Below are positions 1-10,800 of a DNA stretch of 36,369 bases, piece by piece. The notes under the pieces were generated by a model. That model searched no databases and had not been told where the DNA came from. It worked only from the letters and a program-made list of their open reading frames with translations. Position numbers and translations under genes: made by a program. Each line of letters starts with the position of its first letter. Position 1 is the stretch's first letter. The stretch comes from Cruoricaptor ignavus (GTDB lineage: Bacteria; Bacteroidota; Bacteroidia; Flavobacteriales; Weeksellaceae), in assembly GCA_030538575.1 (NCBI GenBank), contig JAUNTR010000002.1:1-36369 (forward strand). Direction: 5' to 3'.

Positions 1-40
1 CAGGAAACTAAACACATTTTACATTTTCATATTAACAAAA

Positions 41-74
41 AAACACTTCACCTAACAATTTCGGTGAAGTGTTT
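41..74 (-). terminator. Rho-independent terminator downstream of the 99..1022 gene
   Basis: Perfect 12-bp stem (aaacacttcacc 41-52 / ggtgaagtgttt 63-74) with a 10-nt loop. An A-run at 35-43 gives a T-run after the hairpin on the minus strand. Confidence 0.7.
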
Positions 75-98
75 TGTATTAAATTTAATTATAAAAAA

Positions 99-1022
99 TT
101 ATGCTTTTGGTAAGAAAACTTCCGCCAACATACATCTTGCACTTCCTCCTCCGTTAGCTTCTATGGTAGATAAATCGGAATAGATAATATCCGAATATTT
201 CCTAATATTGCTAATTTGTTCTTCGGTAAGAGATTGGTACGCCGATTGGCTCATAACTAAAAAAGTTTCGTTCACCGAGTTTTTTAGTTCCAGCATATTC
301 CCTGCAAATTGTTGCATTTGGCTCTCGGAGATTTCTACGATTTCCTTTCCTGTATTTTCAATAGTTTTCACAACATTTTCACGCTCGGTTTCATCATCAA
401 TACAATCTAAACAAATCACCACAAAACGGCTTGCCACACACATCATTACATTGGTGTGATAAATCGGCAAACGCTCTTCCCCAGCGGTTTGGTAACTATG
501 GAACACGATAGGTTTGTAGTTTATTTTTTTACAAAATTCTCTAAAAACTTCCTCATCCAAACGAAGCGAAACCGAACCATACGCCAAACGATTATCGTGG
601 TCGAAAATCATACTTCCTGTACCTTCCAAAAAAAGATTATCTTTTTCGTAAGCAGACAAATCCAATATTTCATCTATTCGGAAACCGTTTTCCTTTACAA
701 TATCCAAAACATCCGAACGCCTTTCGTCTCTGCGATTTGGGGCAAACATCGGATATAAAACCACTTGACCATTACTCCCAAAACTCACCCAATTATTCGG
801 AAAAATAGAATCTGGTGTGTGCGGTTCCAAAGTGTCTTTTACCGTAATAACATTAATGCCTTTGCTACGAAGTTTTTCCACAAAAGCCTTGAATTCCGCC
901 AAAGCTTTATCTTGCGTTTGCGCATTTTCGGAATTGGTTTGGAAATAATTATTCTCTGCCGTTTGGGCATTGTAACCGAAAGCAATAGGTTCTATCATAA
1001 GAACTGTATCTGTTGTTTGCAT
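99..1022 (-). CDS. Arginine deiminase-related / citrulline utilization hydrolase (CtlX-like), guanidino-group-modifying enzyme superfamily
   Basis: ORF 99..1046. First ATG is at 1022 (MQTTDTVLMIEPIAFGYNAQTAENNYFQ), 307 aa. C-terminal GGGSARCMLAEV motif carries the catalytic Cys typical of this superfamily. Confidence 0.75.
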   Translation of the reverse strand: MQTTDTVLMIEPIAFGYNAQTAENNYFQTNSENAQTQDKALAEFKAFVEKLRSKGINVITVKDTLEPHTPDSIFPNNWVSFGSNGQVVLYPMFAPNRRDERRSDVLDIVKENGFRIDEILDLSAYEKDNLFLEGTGSMIFDHDNRLAYGSVSLRLDEEVFREFCKKINYKPIVFHSYQTAGEERLPIYHTNVMMCVASRFVVICLDCIDDETERENVVKTIENTGKEIVEISESQMQQFAGNMLELKNSVNETFLVMSQSAYQSLTEEQISNIRKYSDIIYSDLSTIEANGGGSARCMLAEVFLPKA

Positions 1023-1043
1023 TTTTAGATTTTTGAATTTGCA

Positions 1044-1051
1044 CAAAAGTA
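1044..1051 (-). promoter_or_regulatory. Bacteroidota-type -7 promoter box (TACTTTTG on minus strand)
   Basis: Plus-strand caaaagta is TAnnTTTG on the minus strand, about 20 nt upstream of the ATG at 1022. Confidence 0.45.
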
Positions 1052-1143
1052 AACATTTTTTTTCTTAACTTTAAGAACTAATAAAAGATAATTAAAATAG
1101 AGTTTTATACACAATTAAATCCTTAATCAACCTAAATAAAAAA

Positions 1144-1803
1144 ATGCTTGAAATTGCTTGCTTTGAAATAACTTCTGCCGAAACCGCTCTACGCTCTGTT
1201 GCTGATAGAATAGAGTTTTGTGCGGAACAACAATTGGGTGGAATTACGCCCAATATAGATGAGTTCCGATATTTGAAATCGGCTTACCACAAACCAATTT
1301 ATATAATGATTCGCCCGAAAGGTGGCAGTTTCCTCTACTCCAACGAAGAGTTTGAGGAAATGAAACACGACATTTTGGAGTTTAAAAAATCGGGAGCAGA
1401 TGGTTTTGTTTTCGGGATTTTAACCTCCGGAAATCGAGTGGATATAGAAAAAAATAAAACTTTGGTAGAACTTGCAGACGATATTCCTTGCACGTTCCAT
1501 AGGGCTTTTGACCGTACACCGAACTTGGATATTGCGATGGAAGAAATTATTGAAATCGGTTTCAAAAATGTGCTGACATCAGGTGGAGAAACCAAAGCTA
1601 CAAAAGGAAAAGAGCAACTGAAATCCTTAATTGAAAAATATTCTTCGAAAATAAATATTTTGATTGGAGGAGGCGTTCGCTCCGAAAATATTGCGGAATT
1701 GAAAGATTTTACAGGTGGACAATTCTTCCATTCTTCTGCGATACCGATTTACGAACAATTCGCCAACGAAGACGAAATAAAACGACTGAAAAAAATGTTG
1801 TAA
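1144..1803 (+). CDS. cutC: Copper homeostasis protein CutC family
   Basis: 219-aa ORF. N-terminus MLEIACFEITSAETALRSVADRIEFC and overall TIM-barrel-like pattern resemble the CutC family. Confidence 0.75.
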   Translation: MLEIACFEITSAETALRSVADRIEFCAEQQLGGITPNIDEFRYLKSAYHKPIYIMIRPKGGSFLYSNEEFEEMKHDILEFKKSGADGFVFGILTSGNRVDIEKNKTLVELADDIPCTFHRAFDRTPNLDIAMEEIIEIGFKNVLTSGGETKATKGKEQLKSLIEKYSSKINILIGGGVRSENIAELKDFTGGQFFHSSAIPIYEQFANEDEIKRLKKML

Positions 1804-1806
1804 AAA

Positions 1807-1856
1807 AATTGAGAGAAAAAGTGAAGCGATTACAACTTCATTTATTTCTCTCAATT
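1807..1856. terminator. Bidirectional stem-loop between convergent cutC and amidinotransferase genes
   Basis: aattgagagaaa (1807-1818) pairs with tttctctcaatt (1845-1856). Inner tgaag/cttca pairing also present, with A/T runs on both sides. Confidence 0.6.
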
Positions 1857-1875
1857 TTATTAGTCTAAATGAAAT

Positions 1876-2790
1876 TTATTCCCTTACCAAAGGCATTGTA
1901 GAGCATCTTAGCAATCCGCCCATTTTAGAAATTTCACGATATGGGATTTCTTCTACCGTCATTCCCCACTCGTTTCTTAGGAAATTATTCATCCTTACAA
2001 ATGCCTTGTCGGAAACTACAACTTCTGGGGAAATCGAGAAAATATTAGGATTCATCTCGAACATTTCTTCCCGAGTAACGTGGAAACAATTTTCTTCTCC
2101 AAAAATATCAATGATTAACCGGTAATCGCTTTCGTCCACAAAACCATCTTTGTAGATGATACATTTGTCTGTCCCAACAGGATTAAAAGTGCAATCCAAA
2201 TGCAAAATCCCTTCATAAGGAACGGTGTCATTTTTCTTTAATTCTAAATCTATAATTCGTTTTTTGGGAAAATATTCTTTCAGGATTTCAATAGCATATT
2301 CGTTAGTTCTTGCCGTTTTGAAATTTCTGTAATCCTCGCTAAAACAAGTTCCTATGAAAAGAAAATCATTCCAAACGATAACATCTCCACCTTCTACATG
2401 GGCTGTTTCGGGTAGATTGATGATGTCTCGCCATTTCACTTGCTCGAAGATTTTTCGATAAGCATCTTGCTCATCAGCTCTGTCCGCAATTACGTTGGAG
2501 ATTATCATTTTATCATCGATAACAAAAGCAACATCTCTCGCAAAAACTTGATTGTAATCTTCTATAATTTCGGGGCGAAAAACTTCCACCTCGTATTTTT
2601 TTAGAACTTTCTCAAATTCCGACATTTCGTGGACAATATCTTTCTCCGTTGGATAGATTCCTTTTTCTATCGTGTCATAGGATTTTGCATCGTAGCTTTC
2701 CTCTAATGTTGGTATTCCTCCGTTGGAATTTGGTTGTCCCAAGACTACGGATTTCAGCCTTCCTGTTTCGTTTTTTATATTGAGCTTCAT
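1876..2790 (-). CDS. Amidinotransferase / dimethylarginine dimethylaminohydrolase / arginine deiminase-family protein
   Basis: 304-aa ORF. HLDC and C-terminal GGLLRCSTMPL (catalytic Cys) motifs are typical of the guanidino-group-modifying enzyme fold. Confidence 0.7.
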   Translation of the reverse strand: MKLNIKNETGRLKSVVLGQPNSNGGIPTLEESYDAKSYDTIEKGIYPTEKDIVHEMSEFEKVLKKYEVEVFRPEIIEDYNQVFARDVAFVIDDKMIISNVIADRADEQDAYRKIFEQVKWRDIINLPETAHVEGGDVIVWNDFLFIGTCFSEDYRNFKTARTNEYAIEILKEYFPKKRIIDLELKKNDTVPYEGILHLDCTFNPVGTDKCIIYKDGFVDESDYRLIIDIFGEENCFHVTREEMFEMNPNIFSISPEVVVSDKAFVRMNNFLRNEWGMTVEEIPYREISKMGGLLRCSTMPLVRE

Positions 2791-2806
2791 AAAATTGTGA
2801 ATTGCA

Positions 2807-2814
2807 CAAATATA
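2807..2814 (-). promoter_or_regulatory. Bacteroidota-type -7 promoter box (TATATTTG on minus strand)
   Basis: Plus-strand caaatata is TAnnTTTG on the minus strand, about 17 nt upstream of the ATG at 2790. Confidence 0.45.
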
Positions 2815-2836
2815 AAAAAATGCTTGTGATAAAAAA

Positions 2837-2866
2837 AACTTCCCGAAAAATATCTTTCAGGAAGTT
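2837..2866 (-). terminator. Rho-independent terminator of gltA
   Basis: aacttcc (2837-2843) pairs with ggaagtt (2860-2866), extended by 4 more bp after one mismatch. The A-run at 2831-2836 gives a T-run after the hairpin on the minus strand. Confidence 0.65.
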
Positions 2867-2897
2867 GTTGTTTTTTTGTCTTTAATTTTAAAAATGA

Positions 2898-4187
2898 TTA
2901 TTTTCTATCCTTCATCGGAACATAATCTCTTTTTGGTGCCCCTTGGTAAACTTGTCTTGGTCTTCCGATTGGGTCGCCTTTTAGTCGCATTTCTTTCCAT
3001 TGAGAAATCCAACCTGGCAATCTTCCCAAAGCGAACATTACGGTGAACATTTCTGTTGGAATTCCTAATGCACGGTAAATAATTCCGGAATAGAAGTCTA
3101 CATTTGGATAAAGCTTTCTTTGTACGAAGTAATCATCTTCCAATGCTACACGTTCCAATTGCATTGCGATATCCAATGCTTTATCGTGAATGCCTAATTG
3201 GTTTAGAATATCATCTGCTGCTTTTTTGATGATTTTTGCTCTTGGGTCAAAGTTTTTATAAACCCTGTGTCCGAAGCCCATTAATCTAAAGCTATCTTCT
3301 TTATCCTTAGCTTTTGCTACATATTTAGCTACATCTCCACCATCTTGTTCTATTTTTTCAAGCATTTCGATTACGGCTTGGTTTGCTCCACCGTGTAGCG
3401 GTCCCCAAAGTGCAGAAACCCCCGCAGAAATAGATGCAAACAAACCTGTGTGTGCAGAACCAACCATTCTAACAGTAGATGTAGAGCAGTTTTGCTCGTG
3501 GTCGGCGTGTAGAATAAGCAATTTATCTAATGCAGCTACGATAACTGGATCTATTTCAAATTCTTGGTTTGGCATTCTGAACATCATTCTATAGAAATTC
3601 TCTACATAGTTCAGTTTATTATCTCCGTGGTTTAGTGGTAAACCTTTGGTTTTTCTGTAAGTCCAAGCTGCAAGGTGAGCAAATTTTGCGAGTAACATTT
3701 CAGCAGCGTGATCCAAATCTTCTTTGGATTTTACATCTACCGCTTTTGGATTAAATGCTGTAAGAGCTGATGTAAGCGAAGAAAGAACTCCCATCGGGTG
3801 GGCAGAACGCGGGAATGCGTCTATAATTCTCTTCATTTCTTCGGCTACATAATTGTAATGTTTAATATTTTTTTCAAATTCCAGAAACTGTCCTTCGGTT
3901 GGCAATTCGCCGTGAAGAAGCAAATACATAACTTCCGAGAAATTAGACTGCTCTGCAATTTGCTCTATCGGATAACCTCTGTAATAAAGTTCCCCTTTAT
4001 CACCATCCAAATATGTAATTTCGCTAATAGTGGCTCCCGTATTTTTGTAACCCAAATCCATAGTAATCAACCCAGATTGGTCTCTAAGTTTTGAGATATC
4101 TATTCCTCTGTCGCCGATAGTGCTTTCAACGATTGGATATTCGAACGACTGACCGTCGTAGTTTAATATAACTTTGTTATCTGCCAT
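2898..4187 (-). CDS. gltA: Citrate synthase
   Basis: 429-aa ORF with type II citrate synthase motifs (GPLHGGANQAV, MGFGHRVYKNFDPRA, NVDFYSG). Confidence 0.95.
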   Translation of the reverse strand: MADNKVILNYDGQSFEYPIVESTIGDRGIDISKLRDQSGLITMDLGYKNTGATISEITYLDGDKGELYYRGYPIEQIAEQSNFSEVMYLLLHGELPTEGQFLEFEKNIKHYNYVAEEMKRIIDAFPRSAHPMGVLSSLTSALTAFNPKAVDVKSKEDLDHAAEMLLAKFAHLAAWTYRKTKGLPLNHGDNKLNYVENFYRMMFRMPNQEFEIDPVIVAALDKLLILHADHEQNCSTSTVRMVGSAHTGLFASISAGVSALWGPLHGGANQAVIEMLEKIEQDGGDVAKYVAKAKDKEDSFRLMGFGHRVYKNFDPRAKIIKKAADDILNQLGIHDKALDIAMQLERVALEDDYFVQRKLYPNVDFYSGIIYRALGIPTEMFTVMFALGRLPGWISQWKEMRLKGDPIGRPRQVYQGAPKRDYVPMKDRK

Positions 4188-4357
4188 TTTCTTGAAAAAT
4201 TTTTGTTAAAATTACGGAAAAACTAATTAATAATCAAATTATAAAGTAATAGGAAATGATAAATTTTGTCTATATTTCTTATTTGTTTTTTCTCAAGCCC
4301 TTTAATCCATGTTATTGAAAATACTCAATATACTGGTTGTCAATAAATTAAAATAAC

Positions 4358-4387
4358 AAAACATCGGGATTATAATCTCGATGTTTT
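4358..4387 (-). terminator. Probable terminator of eno
   Basis: aaaacatcg (4358-4366) pairs with cgatgtttt (4379-4387), with further imperfect pairing. Lies just downstream of the eno stop at 4409. Confidence 0.5.
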
Positions 4388-4408
4388 ACATATTAAATTT
4401 AGTTCATT

Positions 4409-5773
<1,365 letters not shown>

Positions 5774-5883
5774 CGGAATATTTTTGGAGAGATGTAGATG
5801 ATTTTTGTCTTAAATTATCATCACCTAAAATTTATAGTATAATATTTGCTTAGCCTAATGTATAATTAAATTTTATAAATCTT

Positions 5884-6291
5884 ATGAAAAAGACAATTCT
5901 TATTCTTTCTGCAACTCTACTTGTAATGAGCTGCTCTAAAAATGAAGGAAATAAAAGTGTACTGAAAGAAGAACCTGCCGCTGTAACACACTCTACAGAT
6001 AGTGCTACCGTAGAGGATGAAGGCGAAGTGCAAACTGGTAACAATACTTATACCTACCGCTATGTTGCGGAAGATGGTACTAATGCACATGTAACTTTTA
6101 TAAACGATGATAAAGGTAGTAGCATTTCTATAAAAAGTAATAATAAAACTATTACGCTACCCCAAACCGAAGTTTGGGCGAAAGGTGCCATATACAAAGA
6201 CCACGATATAGAAGTGGAATCTAAAGGTGAAAACCTGAAAATAACCCAAGGAAACAATGTTATTGAGTTGAAACGTGCGAGGGGGGAGTAG
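5884..6291 (+). CDS. Small lipoprotein, possibly MliC-like fold
   Basis: 135-aa ORF. Lipoprotein signal peptide with lipobox Cys (LLVMSCSK). The C-terminal beta-rich domain (VTFINDDKGSSISIKSNNKTITLPQTEVWAKGAIYKD) loosely resembles MliC-type domains. Confidence 0.6.
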   Translation: MKKTILILSATLLVMSCSKNEGNKSVLKEEPAAVTHSTDSATVEDEGEVQTGNNTYTYRYVAEDGTNAHVTFINDDKGSSISIKSNNKTITLPQTEVWAKGAIYKDHDIEVESKGENLKITQGNNVIELKRARGE

Positions 6292-6302
6292 TAAATAACA
6301 AG

Positions 6303-6323
6303 AACCCCCTCTGCGAGGGGGTT
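6303..6323. terminator. Bidirectional GC-rich terminator between the lipoprotein gene and susD-like gene
   Basis: Perfect 8-bp stem aaccccct (6303-6310) / agggggtt (6316-6323) with a 5-nt loop, placed between convergent stops at 6291 and 6350. Confidence 0.75.
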
Positions 6324-6349
6324 AGATTATATATCATAGAGGTAATCTA

Positions 6350-7816
6350 CTATGGGTTTTGTGTCATACTTGGATTATTGTTTACTTCCAATTGCGGTAT
6401 TTGAAATCTCCACCTGTCTGCATCAACAGCTTGATTTATTCTACCGAAAGAAGCATGGTTAGTACCCGTATAGTTTCTGTCTAATGGAATATTCATTCTT
6501 TTTTGATCCCACCATGCAAAACCTTCTGCCCACATTTCTATTCTTTTCTGAAGAATAATTTCATTTATCAGTGCATCACCTGAATTATTTGATAGTGCAT
6601 ATGCTACATCTCTTACTGAAGTTATATCATATAATACTTGACGAGCTTCTGCTACTCTTCCAATTCTTGCTAAAGCTTCAGCTTCAATATAATAGAACAA
6701 CGATGCTCTAAAATAAATATAATGTCCTTCAAAAAATGATGGATCTTTAAATTTAAAGTTAGTATAAGCAGGATATTCTTTTGATACTTCATTGAATGTA
6801 TAGGTTGCTGCGGTAGCACCATTAAAGTTCTTTTTTCTATAATCTGTATCGCTGATGGCATCATATAGCCTTTTATCAATCTGTTTATATACACCTAGAA
6901 GACCTGCGTATCCTCTGTTTGTACTATCCCAATTAGAGAAAAAAGAAGCATAAACACTTGTTGTAAGAGCATTATGGGCAAAACCCCAAACCGCTTCCGT
7001 ATTATTAGTCAACTGCGAAAAACCAGTTGTTGTATAAGATGTTTCATCCATAAGAGTAAAACCCTGTCTGGCCGCGTTAGCATACTCTGCTGCTTTTTCA
7101 TAATTACCTATCCAAAGATACATATCAGCTGCTAATCCCTTAGCTGTCTTCTGATCAATCTTTGCTTTATTAGATCCTCTATTAAATCCATCAAGTAAAG
7201 TAATTCCCTGTTCTATATCTTCTTGTATCTTTGCATAAAGCTCTGTATTAGTTACACGTGGTAAACCCACAAGCTCTGTTCCAGTAGGTAGAGGAACACT
7301 TAAATCATTCTCATGACCTATGTAAGAAAAAGTATAAAATCTAGCTAATTGATCCAAACTATATGCTTTTAGGACTAAAGCCTGACCTAATAAATATCTG
7401 TTATTATCTGTAATACCTGCATCATTTATTGCATTTATGATATTATTCAACTGAAATATTTGGCTGTAAAAAGTTCTCCATACTATTAAAGTTCTAGAGT
7501 TGGTTAACAACTGCCCTGTAAAATTATAATAAGCTCCAAACCAATGATTAACAGCCATAGTCTGATCATTAGTTGCTAAATCTGCTGCAGACTGAATACC
7601 TTTGATTCCAAAATCATCATGATTTGTTGTTCCTCCTGCCTGAGCTTTAGCGAAAGAAAGATAAACCCCATCCAATAGAGTCTCCATTGCAGAAGGGTTC
7701 TGTGCTAATTGTAAATTAGAAACTTGCTGTGCAGGCTCTGTATCTAAAAAATCTCTACCACACCCTACAAAAACAAGGGATAACAGTAGTAAAAATTGAA
7801 CTCTATATTTATTCAT
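6350..7816 (-). CDS. SusD/RagB-family nutrient-binding outer-membrane lipoprotein
   Basis: 488-aa ORF with lipoprotein signal (LSLVFVGCGRD). It lies immediately downstream of a SusC-like gene. TPR-like helical content and C-terminal pattern are typical of SusD/RagB. Confidence 0.85.
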   Translation of the reverse strand: MNKYRVQFLLLLSLVFVGCGRDFLDTEPAQQVSNLQLAQNPSAMETLLDGVYLSFAKAQAGGTTNHDDFGIKGIQSAADLATNDQTMAVNHWFGAYYNFTGQLLTNSRTLIVWRTFYSQIFQLNNIINAINDAGITDNNRYLLGQALVLKAYSLDQLARFYTFSYIGHENDLSVPLPTGTELVGLPRVTNTELYAKIQEDIEQGITLLDGFNRGSNKAKIDQKTAKGLAADMYLWIGNYEKAAEYANAARQGFTLMDETSYTTTGFSQLTNNTEAVWGFAHNALTTSVYASFFSNWDSTNRGYAGLLGVYKQIDKRLYDAISDTDYRKKNFNGATAATYTFNEVSKEYPAYTNFKFKDPSFFEGHYIYFRASLFYYIEAEALARIGRVAEARQVLYDITSVRDVAYALSNNSGDALINEIILQKRIEMWAEGFAWWDQKRMNIPLDRNYTGTNHASFGRINQAVDADRWRFQIPQLEVNNNPSMTQNP

Positions 7817-7830
7817 TTTCTTAATATTTA

Positions 7831-10800
7831 TTAAAATTTAACATTTATACCGAGAGAAGTAGATCTTAACATGGAATATTGACCAGATGCGGTCTGACCT
7901 GTTAAGTTTAGTCTTGGATCATACCCTTGTCTCTTAGACCATAGATGAAGATTATTACCTGTTACGTAAATTCTCGCAGATCTAATACCAAAAGTTTTTA
8001 AGAAGTCATCTGATAAATCATACCCTATTGTCACATCTTGTAAACTTAAATAGTCTGATTTTATTAAGTAAAAAGAAGATACGGTACTTTGAGTACTATT
8101 AACCCTATCAACTCTTGGAATACTTGCCGTCGTATTTTCTGGTGTCCAAGAATTAAATACATCCCTATGATAATTAGTACCAATATCATTAGCAGATGCC
8201 ATTAAATTTGCGTAAACAGCATCATAACCGTACCCACCCAACTGATAAGCAAAACTAACTTTAGCATTAAATCTACCAACAGAAACATCTGTGCCAAATC
8301 CTCCATACAACTTAGGGATTGCTGATTTCCCAACATAATACAATGTAGCTGCGGCAATATCATTGGTAGATTCCTTCCCTATAACATTTCCAGTAGCATC
8401 TAGTACATCTTTATACCATAAAGCATCTCCATTAGTTTGATCAACTCCTGCAAAATCCCTCATATAAAAATCATACCTTGATTGTCCTTCTTTCAACATG
8501 AAAAGACCATCTACAATACCATTTCTCTGCTGTTCTGGTAATTTCGTGACTGTATTTTTATAATGTGTAGCATTTGCAAATATAGACCAGTTAACTTTTT
8601 CAGTTCTAATCGGTGTAGCATCTATACTAACCTCAACTCCTCTGTTAACCATATTACCAATATTAGCAGGCTTTACAAAAGATCCCGTATTCGATGGTGG
8701 CTGAGGAAGGAAGTATAACATATCAGATACTTTTCTTTCAAAATATTCTGCGTCTATATTGAATCTATTTCCGAACAATGATGCTTCAAAACCTGCATTA
8801 ATATTTTGTGATGTTTCCCATTTCAAATCCCTATTTCCTAATGAACTCAAGACAGGTACAGGAGTGTTTTGTCCACTATTTTGTACATTATATAAATCTA
8901 GATAAGTATAGTACATTCTATTTTCCCTCAACCTATCTAATAAGTTATCATTACCTTGCTGCCCATAAGACGCTTTTAGCTTCAAGTTATTAATTACCTT
9001 AGAATTGGCTAAGAAATTCTCTTTAGACACTTGCCAAGCACCACCGAAGCTAAAAAATGTACCCCATCTTGATTCTGGTGCAAATACGGAAGAACCATCT
9101 CTTCTTACATTTGCATTGAAGAAATACTTCCCATTATAGTTGTATAACAATCTTGCAAAATATCCCTCTACATTGTAGTTAATTTCATAACTATTTAGAT
9201 ACTGTATATTTCCTCCGTAGTTTAACGACGGTACATCAGGCAATAACAATTCCGTCTTTTGACCTTCTAAGTTCTCCATTTTATATTCGTTAGTTTCATG
9301 CCCCAAAAGCACGTTGAACGAGTGGCTACCTAAAGACTTGCTCCAATTTAATAACTGTTGATTACCTACAGTCAAACGTCTATCATTAGCTCTTGTCAAT
9401 CTACCATTTGCAGGAGCTGCATCCCCTGCTATTGGGGTTGCTAATCTATAATAATTGGTACTTAATAAATCTACTGAAAAATTGTATGTAAATTCAAAAT
9501 CATTCCAAAACTTATAGTTTGTAAACATTCTTCCTGAGAAATTATCATTTACGTTATTAAACACATCTAAATTTAAAGTTCCAACGGGATTTTGAAAAGA
9601 TGCGAATTTCCTAACTTGACCTAAAAACTCTCCCATACCAAAATCGGCTACTCTATTTCCCTGTGCATCATAAACCAAATTATAATTTGCATCTCTAACG
9701 TAAACAGGATAAATAGGTGCTACAGATCGAGAAAAATTAAATGCATTAGAATAATTGGATCCAGAACCCCTTGAACCCTGTTCATAGGTCGTATTAGCAT
9801 AATTCAAGTTAGTTCCAACCTTCCAATTATTAGTTACATCGTATTCAACATTTGCTCTAGTTGAAAGTCTTTCAAATCCAGATTTTAAAGAGTATCCTTC
9901 ATCTTTAAGATAAGCACCTGAAAAGTAGGTTTTCACTCTCTCTGTATTTGATGTTATCCCCACAAAGTATTCTTTTCTAAAAGATGTTTTAAACAAGTTT
10001 TTAGCCCAATCATCTTGGTATAATAAGGAAGCATTAGGATTAAAAACGCCATTTGTTATTAGTTGATCAAATGGTACATTGTAAGCATTATAACCCAACT
10101 CACTTATTTCATTTGCTGCCTGCAAATGCGCTGCATCATTCGACACACCATTATTATTTCCCAGAGTTCCCCTAAGTGCCCCCATTCTTAAACGATTATA
10201 ATAAGCCATATAATACTCCTGGGGAGCTTTAATTATATCATAATCTTTGACAGCTCTTGTATTAACCCCTGTTTTAATATCAAACTCGACTTGAACACCT
10301 CTTCTTGTTCCTTTCTTAGTCGTTATAATAATAACTCCATTCGCTCCTCTAGAACCATAAAGTGCATTAGAAGACGCATCTTTAAGAAATGTCATAGACT
10401 CAATATCTTGCCCTGGTATAGAGTTAAGCAATCCATTATACGGAACCCCATCTAAAACAATTAACGGTTCACTAGAAGCATTAATTGAACCAATGCCTCG
10501 CATTCTAACTACAGGCGATGATCCTGGCTGCCCTGAGGAAATAACTTGTACCCCACCTACTTTTCCAGTAATACCTTGTAACACATTACCATTTTGCAAA
10601 TCCTTAATAGATTCGGACTTTATCTGTGTAACGGAACCTGTAATTTCCTCTCTCTTTTGCTTGCCAAAAGCAACCACCACCACCTCATCAATTTTAGTTT
10701 CTTTGGTAGTCGTATCTCTCTTCGCTTGCTGTGCCATGAGCAACTCTCCTCCTAAGAAGAAAACTGCTGCTGCACTTAACACTTTTAATTTCACATTCAT
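7831..10800 (-). CDS. SusC/RagA-family TonB-dependent outer-membrane transporter
   Basis: 989-aa ORF with signal peptide and TonB-box-like IDEVVVVAFG. Plug motifs are present (NALYGSRGANGVIIITTKKG) and the terminal residue is an aromatic F. Paired with a SusD gene 14 nt downstream. Confidence 0.9.
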   Translation of the reverse strand: MNVKLKVLSAAAVFFLGGELLMAQQAKRDTTTKETKIDEVVVVAFGKQKREEITGSVTQIKSESIKDLQNGNVLQGITGKVGGVQVISSGQPGSSPVVRMRGIGSINASSEPLIVLDGVPYNGLLNSIPGQDIESMTFLKDASSNALYGSRGANGVIIITTKKGTRRGVQVEFDIKTGVNTRAVKDYDIIKAPQEYYMAYYNRLRMGALRGTLGNNNGVSNDAAHLQAANEISELGYNAYNVPFDQLITNGVFNPNASLLYQDDWAKNLFKTSFRKEYFVGITSNTERVKTYFSGAYLKDEGYSLKSGFERLSTRANVEYDVTNNWKVGTNLNYANTTYEQGSRGSGSNYSNAFNFSRSVAPIYPVYVRDANYNLVYDAQGNRVADFGMGEFLGQVRKFASFQNPVGTLNLDVFNNVNDNFSGRMFTNYKFWNDFEFTYNFSVDLLSTNYYRLATPIAGDAAPANGRLTRANDRRLTVGNQQLLNWSKSLGSHSFNVLLGHETNEYKMENLEGQKTELLLPDVPSLNYGGNIQYLNSYEINYNVEGYFARLLYNYNGKYFFNANVRRDGSSVFAPESRWGTFFSFGGAWQVSKENFLANSKVINNLKLKASYGQQGNDNLLDRLRENRMYYTYLDLYNVQNSGQNTPVPVLSSLGNRDLKWETSQNINAGFEASLFGNRFNIDAEYFERKVSDMLYFLPQPPSNTGSFVKPANIGNMVNRGVEVSIDATPIRTEKVNWSIFANATHYKNTVTKLPEQQRNGIVDGLFMLKEGQSRYDFYMRDFAGVDQTNGDALWYKDVLDATGNVIGKESTNDIAAATLYYVGKSAIPKLYGGFGTDVSVGRFNAKVSFAYQLGGYGYDAVYANLMASANDIGTNYHRDVFNSWTPENTTASIPRVDRVNSTQSTVSSFYLIKSDYLSLQDVTIGYDLSDDFLKTFGIRSARIYVTGNNLHLWSKRQGYDPRLNLTGQTASGQYSMLRSTSLGINVKF

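Noticed and set aside
208-1028. Plus-strand ORFs 208..459, 456..758 and 765..1028
   Set aside because: They are antisense shadows of the CtlX-like gene, with no recognisable motifs and implausible composition.
4188-4408. 221-bp gap between gltA and eno, considered as a possible small gene or ncRNA
   Set aside because: It has no ORF of meaningful length and only the eno terminator hairpin. The near-match promoter-like sequence (TAATTTTA) is not exact.
6281-6286. G6 run at the end of the lipoprotein gene as a sixth phase-variable tract
   Set aside because: It is shorter than the locus tracts and only two codons before the stop. Slippage would merely alter or extend the extreme C-terminus, so it is not convincing as a switch.
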